Part shown: piece after piece, positions 28,460 through 38,956 of the stretch | Layout: each line of letters begins with the position of its first letter | How positions within the stretch are numbered: the first letter of the stretch is position 1 | Assembly (NCBI GenBank): GCA_046582655.1 | Contig: JAYGDX010000201.1 | Coordinates: forward strand, 1-64,000 | Length of the DNA: 64,000 bases | Direction of reading: 5' to 3' | Source: Candidatus Poribacteria bacterium | Lineage (GTDB): Bacteria; Poribacteria; WGA-4E; UBA9662 | Notes under the pieces: generated by a model | The model's input: the letters and a program-made list of their open reading frames with translations, nothing else | Databases searched by the model: none | What the model was told of the DNA's origin: nothing | Program-made: the position numbers and the translations under genes

Positions 28460-30317
28460 ATTTGGTGCCAATTACATTTTCTGGTTCATTTAAGTACTTG
28501 ACCACACTATTTATTGTTTTAAATATCTCATCAGCGATAGTTGCTCAAGGCAATAAGGTGCTTCTAGCCAACGGAGGTTACGTCGACCTACAGGAAAAAG
28601 ATCACTTTAAGATCAGGAATAGACAGATCACGCTGGAAGCTTGGGTCTATCAGGAAGAACCTTTACCTGTATGGTCCGGTATTTTTTCCTGTGTCTGGGA
28701 TACCGGAAGCAGTGAAGGCGGATATGCTCTAATGTCAGATGGGAAGAGTGGGTTAATGTTTGAATTTGTTCCAAGTGGTTATAGTGCTCTTTTGCCCACT
28801 GCTCCTGATACGATCACGCTCAAACGCTGGCATCATGTTGCCGCAACTTATGATGGCCTAAAGATGCGGCTATACGTTAATGGCGAAGAAAAGGATGGGC
28901 AAGCAGTTGAATCAGACGGAATTGATTATGATCCGTCTAACAATCTTAGCATTGGAAGATTTCAGGATAATGATGAGAATTTTCGTTGGAGTGGAATGAT
29001 CGATGAAGTTCGGCTTTGGAGCGTCACACGGTCCTCTGACCAGATTAAAGCCACAATGCATAGACGCCTGAAAGGTGATGAAGCTGGATTAGTTGGATAT
29101 TGGAATTTTGACGATGGAAGTCCAACTGATCGCTCAATTTACGCTAATCACGGTCAGTTGCACGACGGGGCTGAAATTGTCTCAGCGGATCTAATACTTG
29201 CCGGTTCGAATGAGCCATTTTCAGCCGCCTTAGTTCGTGCGTTGACACAGACAGACACCAAGAATTTTGGAGAGATAACTGAAACTCTCAGTCAGCTTGG
29301 GTCGAAAGCGACTGATGCTGTGCCTTTTTACAAGCTGAACTTGGTGTCGACAATCCAAAGGTTCAACTTCAAATTGCTTCAGCACTGTATAAGATTGATC
29401 CTTCAACAAAAGGAACGGTTGTTCCTGTTCTGATTGAGAGCTTAAAAGTTAGCGATCTAAATCTGCGAACTCAAATTGCTTCTAAGCTTTATGAAATTGA
29501 TTCATCGTCGGTACGTAATGACATCATATCGCAGGTAATCCCTGCCCTTCAATCATCAGATAAGAGCGTTAGTGAGATGGCAGCCGATTTGCTAGTTGGG
29601 ATTGGCAAAAATACTGTCATGTTCATTATCCAACTGTTACAAGAAATTGGTTCCACAGCAGATACCACAGCAACTATTTCCTCAATTCAAGTGCTCAGCC
29701 GTATCGGTCAGGATGCAAGTCCCGCAGTTCCTGTACTAATTGAGTTAGTACAGGAACCAGATTGGTTGGTTCGTGCAGAAGCAGTTGAGGCACTGGGTGA
29801 AATCGGTGAAGCTGCTTCTGCCGCAGTTCCCGTGCTGGTCAAGGTGTTAAATGATCCGAATGGGTCTGTACGTGGGAATGCGACGCTCGCATTGGGGAAG
29901 ATTCATGCCGTCTCAGCAATCTCAAACCTAGAACATCTGCTGAGTGACGAAAGTGCGTATGTTCGATCAAGTGCCGTGCAAACGTTAGGTAAGTTTAAAG
30001 GAGAAATCGGTTCGATTATCCCAAATTTGATAGAAAGGCTAGAAGACCCGGATAGTGAAGTGCGTTACCAAACCGCCTCCACTTTAGGAGAGATTAGAGC
30101 CCAATCCGCAATTCATGATTTAATTAAACTTCTTAAAGATCGTGATAGTCGTGTTAGGATAGTTGCTGTTGAAGCACTCGGGAAACTTAAAGCTAAAGAC
30201 GCCATTGTAAACCTCAAAAGAACTCTAGAGGACGAAGATCCGATTGTTCGTGTCTATGCTGCTTCAGCTCTGAAAAAAATCAGCATCGCTCCTCCGGTCA
30301 AGTCCGTGAATGATTAA
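28456..30317 (+). pseudogene. Secreted LamG-domain plus HEAT-repeat protein interrupted by a 1-nt frameshift (ORFs 28456-29433 and 29577-30317)
   Basis: LamG motifs ITLEAWV, WHHVAATYDG, GMIDEVRLW, GLVGYWNFD. Adding one T in the T5 run at 29325-29329 gives AVPFLQAELGVDNPKVQLQIASALYKIDP..., open through to the HEAT ORF (VRAEAVEALGEIG repeats). May be a sequencing error. Confidence 0.8.
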
Positions 30318-30348
30318 GAAGAAAGCCAAAACAAAAAGGTGAATCATT

Positions 30349-31278
30349 GTGGAAGAAAACGATATCCCTATAGCTGTTAATATTAATGGTATTAAGATGA
30401 AAACACCGGTTATGACAGCTTCGGGAACGTTTGGATACGGCAGTGAATATACTGACTTTGTTGATCTTAATCAACTTGGTGCTATCGTGGTCAAAGGTAT
30501 TACTAATGTCCCGTGGACTGGTAATGAAATGCCGCGTATTGCTGAAACGCCTCAGGGGATGCTGAATTCAATTGGGTTGCAGAATGTGGGTGTTGAACGG
30601 TTTATCGATGAAAAACTGCCTTATCTCAGGTCCTTTGATGTCCCCGTAATTGTCAATGTCTGCGGCAAGATGGAGGAAGAGTATATTGAAGTTGTTGAGA
30701 AACTGTCTGAGGCAGGAAATATAGCATCCATTGAACTCAATATCTCCTGTCCGAATCTGAATTGTGGAGGGATGAGTTTTGGGGTTGATCCCAATCTGAC
30801 GTATCAGCTTGTTCAGCGTGTTCGGGAAAGGACGGATCTGCCGTTGCTGGTAAAATTATCGCCCAATGTAACCGATGTCACCGAAATTGCGATAGCAGCG
30901 GAGGATGCAGGCGCCGATGGGCTCTCGGCTATTAACACATTACTTGGCATGGGAATTGACATTAAGACCCGCAAACCGTTGATTGCCAATATGGTCGCTG
31001 GTCTGTCTGGTCCAGCGATTAAACCGGTTGCCTTGAGAGTGGTATGGCAGGTTTACAATACGGTAAAAATCCCGATCATCGGAATGGGTGGCATTATGAC
31101 AGCGGAGGACGCCATTGAATTTTTTGTAGCAGGTGCGTCAGCTGTAGCGGTTGGTACAGCCAATTTTATCAATCCCAGCGCTTCAATTGATATTGTGGCC
31201 GGAATTCGGAAATATCTGAATCAACACCAGATAGGTTCGCTTCAAAAACTGATCGGCAGTTTGGAGGTCGTAGCATGA
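30349..31278 (+). CDS. pyrD: Dihydroorotate dehydrogenase, family 1 catalytic subunit
   Basis: ASGTFGYG, GMLNSIGLQN, ELNISCPN, VKLSPNVTD, GLSGPAIKP, IIGMGGI, VAVGTANF. Confidence 0.96.
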   Translation: MEENDIPIAVNINGIKMKTPVMTASGTFGYGSEYTDFVDLNQLGAIVVKGITNVPWTGNEMPRIAETPQGMLNSIGLQNVGVERFIDEKLPYLRSFDVPVIVNVCGKMEEEYIEVVEKLSEAGNIASIELNISCPNLNCGGMSFGVDPNLTYQLVQRVRERTDLPLLVKLSPNVTDVTEIAIAAEDAGADGLSAINTLLGMGIDIKTRKPLIANMVAGLSGPAIKPVALRVVWQVYNTVKIPIIGMGGIMTAEDAIEFFVAGASAVAVGTANFINPSASIDIVAGIRKYLNQHQIGSLQKLIGSLEVVA

Positions 31279-32354
31279 GGGATGTTGTCACGCTTGACGA
31301 TCTATCAAATTTTGAGATTGAACAAATTTTTCGATTGGCAGACCAGATGAAAGAGCAAACTGCTACTTGGTCGGGTTTCTGTAAAGGGAAAATTTTAGCT
31401 ACCCTGTTTTTTGAACCCAGTACACGGACTCGACTTTCGTTTGAAAGCGCGATTGGCCGGCTTGATGGTCGGGCGTTGGGTTTTGCCGATCCGGCCTCCT
31501 CCTCAATCGCCAAAGGCGAGACCATTGCGGATACAGCACGAATGGTTGCCAATTATGCTGACCTGATCGCTATTCGGCACAACTGGGCTGGTTCAGCACG
31601 TGTGATGGCAGAATATGCACAAGTCCCGGTCATAAACTGTGGTGATGGTGGGCACAGTCACCCAACCCAAGGGTTGATCGATCTCTACACAATTGTAAAA
31701 CGGCAGGGAACTATCCAGAAAAAAACTATTGGTATTTGCGGGGATCTCCGATACAGCCGTGCCTCGCATTCTTTGGCTATCGGAGTCGCCAGATTTGGCG
31801 GACAATTGGTTCATATCGCTCCTTCAGAGTTTCAAATGCCAGAATGGGTTCTTACCAAGCTGAAATATGTTTATGATGCTGAACCCGTGGAGGCAGGCCG
31901 AATTTCCGAAGTCATCGGTGATCTCGATGTAATCTACGTCAATCGGTTGCAAGCAGAACGGCTTCCACCGGAAATAGACCCGCAGTCGGCACAGAAAGCT
32001 TATCAGCTGAACGCAACGATCATGGAAGAAGCCAAATTGTCATCTATGATTATGCATCCATTACCGCGCGTTAACGAATTGGCATATGAGTTAGATAGCG
32101 ATCCACGAGCAGCCTACTTTGAACAATCGGCAAACGGTGTACCGATAAGAATGGCACTGATGGTCAGCCTGCTGGGTTTAGAACATTTGGTTCTGACCAA
32201 ACCGCCAGAACAAAAGATTATGGAAGATTTGCAACAGTGTGGAAATCCGAATTGTATCACCAGTCAGGAAGGCTATATTCTTTCGAAGTCAGAGGTCATC
32301 TGTAGCCAACCGATGGTTAGGGTCTGTGCTTACTGTAACGAATTGAAAGATTAG
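31275..32354 (+). CDS. pyrB: Aspartate carbamoyltransferase catalytic chain fused to a PyrI-like Zn domain
   Basis: FFEPSTRTRLSFE, KGETIADT, HPTQ, MHPLPRVNE; C-terminal CGNPNCITSQE...CAYCNE; ATGA overlap with pyrD. Confidence 0.93.
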   Translation: MRDVVTLDDLSNFEIEQIFRLADQMKEQTATWSGFCKGKILATLFFEPSTRTRLSFESAIGRLDGRALGFADPASSSIAKGETIADTARMVANYADLIAIRHNWAGSARVMAEYAQVPVINCGDGGHSHPTQGLIDLYTIVKRQGTIQKKTIGICGDLRYSRASHSLAIGVARFGGQLVHIAPSEFQMPEWVLTKLKYVYDAEPVEAGRISEVIGDLDVIYVNRLQAERLPPEIDPQSAQKAYQLNATIMEEAKLSSMIMHPLPRVNELAYELDSDPRAAYFEQSANGVPIRMALMVSLLGLEHLVLTKPPEQKIMEDLQQCGNPNCITSQEGYILSKSEVICSQPMVRVCAYCNELKD

Positions 32355-32381
32355 AACTGTACTGAATGAGGCAAGAACTTA

Positions 32382-35033
32382 TCATTTGCGAATGCTAGGC
32401 TGGATGGTGCAATTCGGACACGCATCTTTTAGGTGCTGGCGTCGGATTTCCCAGAGGTCCGACGCTTTAACCAAGGCTGCGTCAGCCTTACCTACTTTAC
32501 CCAGTCGTTGTAAGCCGAGGTTGTTAAGAGCAGTATCCAGTTCAGCAGGTGAGACGGGACAAACTCCGGCGCGAAAAGCCAGTCCCTTGACCTCTGCCAC
32601 CGTACCATCCGATGTTACAACGCGATCAATATTGCCAAAAGGATCAATACAACCACACGGCATCGACACTTCAGCTACGTGATAGGCGGTACTGGATTCA
32701 TGTGTGACACCCAAAGACAAAATATATCCACCACCGTGGATGAGCCTACCGATTGGACTGTCTTCGGCCCAGATACCGATTTCAAGGTGACCCTCGCAAT
32801 ATTCTGCTGCTTTGGGGCCGATAGCAGTTACGGCATGGGTTGGATGGAGGCTGCGCACTGCCTCCATCCGCCGCCACATTGCCTCTGGAATCGCACCATT
32901 GATAGTCGGCGTAGTCATCGGATTAAAAATCTCAGCACTCCGATGATTAAATGACGGCATCATTAGGGTTCCCTGATCACCGATCACTTCTAGCAAGGCT
33001 TCGACAACCATGTTGGCACCGCCGATAGGGTAGCCAATCTGAGACAAAGAACTGTGGACCATCAAATTCATTCCGGATTCTAAGCCGAGTTGATGCAGGT
33101 TGGTAACTAATTGTGATTTTGAGATCCTATCTTTGGCTTTGATTAATTTGACATACCCAAGTTCTTGGTGGGCTTCGAAGAAATTTGTAACTTGTCGCAA
33201 AGTGACTTTTTTCCCGTACTCAACTGAAAGTGCATCAGCAATTTCTTCTAAGGATCTGTTGCTATCTGCCCAGAATAGTGCCCAAGGTTTGAGGCGGGAT
33301 TTCTCCATTTTTAACCGTATCTCTGAATTAGTGTTATTTCCCCAATCAGGTGAGAGAACAGCTGTTCGATGCGGATAAACTTGATTATTGATCTCTCCTT
33401 TCTGAGTTCGTGCTTTTCTGAAGGTAACAGGTCGGGACATAATACTTGAAGCCGCTTCTTGTACTTGATGTTGGCAATTGTCCAAATGAACTAGAATCTC
33501 TTTCCGATCTCCTCCCCACATCCAGCGTTTCAGACGATTAATTGTCTCTCGATGACCGTGACAAATATAATCTACTTTGGCTTTTAATCTTTGAGGTGAT
33601 TTCCGTAATTGACTAATTGTCCGATCAGTTTCGGCTGTTGCCAGTTCAATCACTTCCTGACTGCCCGCGTCAGCCAAATAGTAAAGATATCCCGCTATAG
33701 CGGTTACACAGGTGACTAATCCTTTTGGATCGATTAGATTGATGGTGTCGGCTGAAGAATGGTAGGCATCAAACCCTATGTTCTGATCTTGATGATGAGT
33801 AGTCAGCCAAGGTGCCGGAAAACCGTACTTAGGATCGCCAATCAGCGTATCGGAAGTTGAAACAAACGGTTCCAAATAAAGTTGGTACCCCGGACTGCTC
33901 AGGTTAAGGGTCGCATGAATGATAGCTTCACCCACTCGGTCGACAAAACCGGCTGACATCGGAATCGTGGCATGCCATTCCAACCTACCGTCGCAGACCT
34001 CAGATTTTGATCCAATAGTGTCGACAACCACACCGGCAAGTGGCGTCTGAAGGTATCTGGTATCCTCAAGGTATTTGAAGAAACCATAGCATTCATAAGC
34101 GCTAAGTAAACGGATACTGCGCTTGGGACGCGGCAGCAGTTTTTGGGCGATCAACTCTGCCATTATTCGAGCAATTTCAACGCACAACGCCACTCCGGAA
34201 GCATTGTCATGTGCTCCGGGTTCTGCGCTATGGGCCAATACCCAGAGTTCATCTTGCGGATCGTCTGCACCACGGATGATTCCACTGACCACATCGTGCG
34301 AACCATGGTACCGATCAATATCGACTTGAGTACGTACCACCACTTTGCCGTGCTCCTTGAGCAATTGACGCAATTCAGCACCTTGTGTCTTTGAAATCAC
34401 TAATCCTACAAAATCTTGTTGGTTTCCTGTTACACCAATAGGAATGCCACCCCAACCAAATTTAGTCCAGCCGATCGCATCGGATAAGTTGGGGATTGGC
34501 CGATCTGTTATGACTCCAACAGCTCCTGTGTCAATCAATTTTTGTAGATGGTGGCGAGGATTTAAGTCTGTCAGCACCATCTTACCTACTAACCCTTTGG
34601 CGGAGATTCGGTCGAGTTCTTTCCGCGAATCAATAATGACTATCTTGCTTTCTATGCCTGCAGCAGGTGTGGAACCACTCCATTGAATGAGATGCCACGG
34701 ATTGTCCTGGTAATCCAGCAATCGTTGACCTACCGGATTAATGATATCGACCGTTGCCTTATTGATATCAGCTGCCTGATGAATAATCCAGCGACCTGAG
34801 CCCATTTCCCCACCAGTTGGTAAGGAAGCAACCTCCACATCTACTCCAGCTTCTTGGTAGTAACGGACCAACGTCTTAGTGGTATCATGAAAACGATTAA
34901 AGGAATTCCACTGATCGGTTTCAATGATTGTAGCTACAGCCTCCATTATTCGGTCCTCTTTTACATGATGGTCCAGTAATGGCAAAGTTTTTTGACAAAA
35001 ATTTGTCAGTGAAAGAGGTGTTCGCCAAGCCAT
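32382..35033 (-). CDS. Fusion of an M28-type peptidase domain (DUF4910-like) and an AAC(3)-family N-acetyltransferase
   Basis: AHSAEPGAHDNASG, AYECYG, AYHSSADT (M28); then LHQLGLESGMNLMVHSSLSQIG, GTLMMPSF, RSLHPTHAVTAIG, LSLGV....STAYHVAE (AAC3); AAGGAG RBS. Confidence 0.85.
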   Translation of the reverse strand: MAWRTPLSLTNFCQKTLPLLDHHVKEDRIMEAVATIIETDQWNSFNRFHDTTKTLVRYYQEAGVDVEVASLPTGGEMGSGRWIIHQAADINKATVDIINPVGQRLLDYQDNPWHLIQWSGSTPAAGIESKIVIIDSRKELDRISAKGLVGKMVLTDLNPRHHLQKLIDTGAVGVITDRPIPNLSDAIGWTKFGWGGIPIGVTGNQQDFVGLVISKTQGAELRQLLKEHGKVVVRTQVDIDRYHGSHDVVSGIIRGADDPQDELWVLAHSAEPGAHDNASGVALCVEIARIMAELIAQKLLPRPKRSIRLLSAYECYGFFKYLEDTRYLQTPLAGVVVDTIGSKSEVCDGRLEWHATIPMSAGFVDRVGEAIIHATLNLSSPGYQLYLEPFVSTSDTLIGDPKYGFPAPWLTTHHQDQNIGFDAYHSSADTINLIDPKGLVTCVTAIAGYLYYLADAGSQEVIELATAETDRTISQLRKSPQRLKAKVDYICHGHRETINRLKRWMWGGDRKEILVHLDNCQHQVQEAASSIMSRPVTFRKARTQKGEINNQVYPHRTAVLSPDWGNNTNSEIRLKMEKSRLKPWALFWADSNRSLEEIADALSVEYGKKVTLRQVTNFFEAHQELGYVKLIKAKDRISKSQLVTNLHQLGLESGMNLMVHSSLSQIGYPIGGANMVVEALLEVIGDQGTLMMPSFNHRSAEIFNPMTTPTINGAIPEAMWRRMEAVRSLHPTHAVTAIGPKAAEYCEGHLEIGIWAEDSPIGRLIHGGGYILSLGVTHESSTAYHVAEVSMPCGCIDPFGNIDRVVTSDGTVAEVKGLAFRAGVCPVSPAELDTALNNLGLQRLGKVGKADAALVKASDLWEIRRQHLKDACPNCTIQPSIRK

Positions 35034-35326
35034 AGATTACTCCTTGTAGTTAAGGCTAGGACAGATCAATAAAAAATCTAAATTGACAGCCACCACTATA
35101 ATACCTACATTAACCAGGGGTAAATCGGAAAAACCCATCCGCGCAGTCGAACCAACTAGAAATCGCGTACCGGGAAAATTAACAACAGCTACACTGACCC
35201 AAGATAGCATTTTACTCCGAAACATCCCGAGTTTAGAGATACTCTCGGATTTTTGCGAAACTTAAATGTGCGAAAATCCAGTATAGAAAAGATAGACTTT
35301 TATAATACATGTTCAGTTTTTGACTC

Positions 35327-36475
35327 TCAATTACCAAAATATTCTTTTGGTGATCTTGTACCTTGAGGGGGCACTGAGCCCGCAACGATATGACTGTCAG
35401 CAAGTTGGAAGGCAATAACCAGAGGGAATTTACCTTTCGGAGCACCTCCCGTATATAGTCCTTCACCCCAAAAATTTCCCTTAGCCAGAAGATCAAAGCG
35501 CTCGAACTGTTTCTGGGTTACATTATATTCCAAGATACCGCTTAGATGTGTTACAAAACCGCGATCTTTTTCGTCCGCTTCAAGACACGCGGAACCTTCC
35601 ACAGAAAGTGAAACGTTTTCAGGTGTTTTTTCCATAACGGTTAAGTTCATTTCAGCATCTTTGATGTTATCTGTATTCCACATCGATGGCTCGCCTCGTA
35701 CATTATCAACAAGGTGAAACCGTACAATCCGTTCAAGAATTGACTTCGGTATTGGATATTGATCGCCTAATTCTGCTGGCTGTGAAAACATGGAGCGCCA
35801 TTCCTCTTCGGTTAACCAAACGTGATCACGACCGGTGGAGAGGTTCCGTGACCATTGATCAGTGGAAAGACCAAGTTCGCTTTTCGTCAGAAGTATCCTA
35901 CTGTACGTGTTGAGGATAATACCGTTTGGCGGCGGTTGTCGATCGTACCTGGCATCGGCATGGAATTGGAGTGTGTCTTCATAGATTTGACCTGCACAGA
36001 ATTTAATTAATGAGTCGTCGATGAGTGATTTTACGATTTCTGGATCCCGATGGTTTCGAAAGTTGAGAAGCGTGCCGTCGGCTGTAAAATGATAGATTCC
36101 TTGTCGAATCTGTTCCTGCATCACTGGTTTATCGTAATGTTGTTGAATTAGGTTGTGAACGAACCTGCCTTTTTCGTCTTCCTGCCGCCGCAAGTACCAG
36201 ATGTCGATGGCTACCGGCACAAAATTTTTCTGGACAAGTTGAATCAATTTCGGGTCTGAAAACATAGACACACGGTCTGTCACTCCGTTGTTTCAGGTAC
36301 ATCCTAGCGGGTGTCCATCCATCGCCCACATGAAGATCGGCTTGCCAGTCTGGTATGCTTGCCGACGAGCCTTCCAGAGATCGATTTCCCAATTAATTTT
36401 TGTCCACGTTTCCTTAGGTGGAATGACTGAAGTATGGAGTGTTTCAAACTCGTTGATATTTAGTTTTGTCAGCAT
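35327..36475 (-). CDS. Probable selenoprotein (382 aa, C-T-U motif, thioredoxin-like/SelN-like N-terminal domain)
   Basis: ORFs 36293-36475 and 35327-36283 are in the same frame, separated only by TGA (36295-36293) and AAC AAC GGA; joined reading is GKPIFMWAMDGHPLGCT-U-NNGVTDRVSMFSDPKLIQLVQKNFVPVAID. Confidence 0.75.
36257..36295 (-). promoter_or_regulatory. Candidate bacterial SECIS element
   Basis: UGAAACA pairs with UGUUUUCA (lower stem); 11 nt after UGA an upper stem GACA/UGUC closes loop GACCGUG, which begins with G. Confidence 0.5.
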
Positions 36476-36545
36476 GATGGTGTAGGTAAATTAACAACGC
36501 CTACTTTTCTTGTGTTGCGGTAAATATGTATTCGTTGTTAAATTC

Positions 36546-36575
36546 ACTATACTGTAGCAGATTAAGTAATGTCAA
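36546..36575 (-). promoter_or_regulatory. Possible sigma70 promoter of the selenoprotein gene
   Basis: Minus strand TTGACA-18 nt-TATAGT, about 70 nt upstream of ATG 36475. Confidence 0.45.
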
Positions 36576-36730
36576 TCAGGTAAGGGTATATGAAGTTTAT
36601 AGAGATTGGTAAAGGATCTCTCTCATCAGTTAGAGATGTGTCGTAAGTTCATCAGTCGATAGAAACTAATTGTTATTCGGTTTCTCGTTGTAGTTGGGAG
36701 AATAATCGTCTTCTCAACTGTAAAGTCATA

Positions 36731-37783
36731 TTATTTCCAGTGAGTATCGAAATGGTCATAATTTGTGAAGGTAATTTGATCAACTTGACCTGTAAACGTA
36801 TCCATAACGAATATCTGATTTACTCGGCGTTGTCTTTGATCACGAGAGATAAATGCAACCCAATCCCCATCTGGACTCCATGTTGCATCCCAACCTGGCA
36901 TCATACTCAAATTAACAATCTCCACAAATTTACCTTGATTAATAGAGGCAACACATATCTCTCCTGGCTTATTATCTTTGACTTTAGTGTAAAAAAGAAT
37001 GCGATCTCCAGATGGCGACCATTTCTCGATTTTTTGACACACAGGTTCAGAATATTGTTGAAACCACACACCTGTGGCACCTGTTGTTTCAACTTCAGCT
37101 ATCGCCAGTAAATTGTCTGTCACAAATGCAATCCAATTTCCATCAGGTGACCATTCGGGCCAACTGACTTCTTTGGGAAGTGCTTTAATAAGCTTTTGTT
37201 TTGGTTTAACCACTTCAGAATTTGCGTTCCAATGGTACCACCCCTCGGTCCATCTTGGCATCCGTCTTCGGCCTTCCTTACCCCCTTTAAGCGTGACGAC
37301 AACGTTCTCGATTGGATCCCTTGGTCTGTCCACTTCCAGTGCAACTAGAAGTGTCTGGCTATCGGGCGACCACCAAAAATCAATTATTCGGTACTGTCGC
37401 TTCAACAATTCTTTATTATTTGTACCATCCGGTTTCATAACTACCAGCGATTCTTTGAAATCCAAACCGGAAACATATGCAATCCAATTTCCGTTGGGAG
37501 ACCAGCGCGGTCGTCGACTGATATCATCATCGGTTAGTTGTTTCAAATCCGTTCCATCTGGATTAATAGTGCAGATATTGTAAGCATAAAATTCCCACCA
37601 ATTCTTTCGGTTCGCGCTTCGAAGCGTTTCGGTTGTTATCCGAAAACCGTTGAGATTTCGAAATGGTTTTCGAGCGGCAAACACAATTTCCCCTTTGCCT
37701 TCAGATTGGCCGTTGACCCAATCGGCAGCAAAATATGTTGCCATGACAACGACAGCGATGCCAAACAGATTTTTGATTCTCAT
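36731..37783 (-). CDS. Secreted TolB-like beta-propeller (PD40 repeat) protein
   Basis: Signal peptide; repeats INPDGTDLKQLT, PRWSPNGNWIAY, WSPDSQ, PEWSPDGNWIAF, TWSPDGDWVAF. Confidence 0.85.
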   Translation of the reverse strand: MRIKNLFGIAVVVMATYFAADWVNGQSEGKGEIVFAARKPFRNLNGFRITTETLRSANRKNWWEFYAYNICTINPDGTDLKQLTDDDISRRPRWSPNGNWIAYVSGLDFKESLVVMKPDGTNNKELLKRQYRIIDFWWSPDSQTLLVALEVDRPRDPIENVVVTLKGGKEGRRRMPRWTEGWYHWNANSEVVKPKQKLIKALPKEVSWPEWSPDGNWIAFVTDNLLAIAEVETTGATGVWFQQYSEPVCQKIEKWSPSGDRILFYTKVKDNKPGEICVASINQGKFVEIVNLSMMPGWDATWSPDGDWVAFISRDQRQRRVNQIFVMDTFTGQVDQITFTNYDHFDTHWK

Positions 37784-38117
37784 TTTTGAACCCTTCTACT
37801 GTTATGAGCTGCAGGAACACTTCAGTAATTGCGAGTTGCTGATAGGATAAATTCAAATACCTAAGTGGCAACAAATGCAAATTTATTTATCTTCAACAAA
37901 ATGTAGGCTGAGTCCAACTAATTTGCTAAGCCTCTGCACAACGCGTCCTTCAATCACCTTTATAAACGCATAATTGGGATTGTATTTAAAATTTAATTTT
38001 AGCACAAGTCTAATGATATAGCATTCAAGCCTAAGTTGGCTTAATGTTTGTTTCTCCGTTGATAAAATAATTAAGTTCTGCATATCGCCTGAGAATACGA
38101 ACGAAAAAAAGGTGAAA

Positions 38118-38700
38118 ATGGGCTATTCACTGACTGAAGTGGTCGATACTCTGAAGACGCAGGGTATGTCACTATGGAAGGCGTATTCTCGGAACAGGAG
38201 ATAGTCGAATTCCGCGGACATCTAGGCAAGACAGTCAAAGAGTGTCTCAGGTCAAATTTACAAACGGCCTGCCGATAAGCTGTTGACTTGGGCTAAGGGT
38301 ACAGTCTGGTTGCTCTGGGATTTTTATATGCTGTCTGCTAAGACGGATTGTCGTTTACTCGACATCCTGTGATCCTAAAGGTACTGGAGACAACGCTGGG
38401 CGAACCAGCCGTGCACTTTAGCATCGGAACCCTGTTCGACAAAGTTGCCAATAGTGACCATCAGATCGGATGGTACCAAGATACTTTCTTTGTTCTTGAG
38501 CTACCTGAAAACCGAGAATTCAACCTCGAGGGACACCGGTACTAATTCGGCTACCTCCATGTTAGCATGCTCTAGATGAATTTTGGAAAAGACTATTATA
38601 AGCGAACAATCATTTAAGAATCCACATCGACGAGCAAACGGTCAAAAACGGGGCAATGCGTGTGACGCTGCGATTTCATTATCAAGTAAGCACTTGAGTT
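38118..38700 (+). pseudogene. Degraded PhyH-family dioxygenase
   Basis: Fragments in shifting frames: MGYSLTEVVDTLKTQG / YVTMEGVFSEQEI / RHPVILKVLETTLG..LFDK..IGWYQD / RIHIDEQTVKNGAMRV (38617-38664), with stops and frameshifts. Confidence 0.7.
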
Positions 38701-38956
38701 CAAAGAGGCGCTGAGAATTATATTGCAAGGCATGAATTGAAGTCGGTTATTTGCACCTTCAATAAGTCAGGTACCTGAAAGTACTCATCGCCGTGTTGTT
38801 TCTCACCGAATGCGTTGTCTAAATCTGAAGGTTCCCAGGTGGGAATGGCCGACAGATTTTAAACCCTGCGTTTGTTCCAGCCTAGTCAGTTTCGGGCTTC
38901 AAACTCAATCCGCCAGATTGAGCATTTACCACTTATATCAGTTGGATCTTTTACTT

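Noticed and set aside
35083..35265. Short ORF containing AVEPT...GKLTT, resembling the C-terminal sorting motif
   Set aside because: The spacing is wrong, the Trp is missing and there is no upstream gene body; at best a remnant, possibly chance
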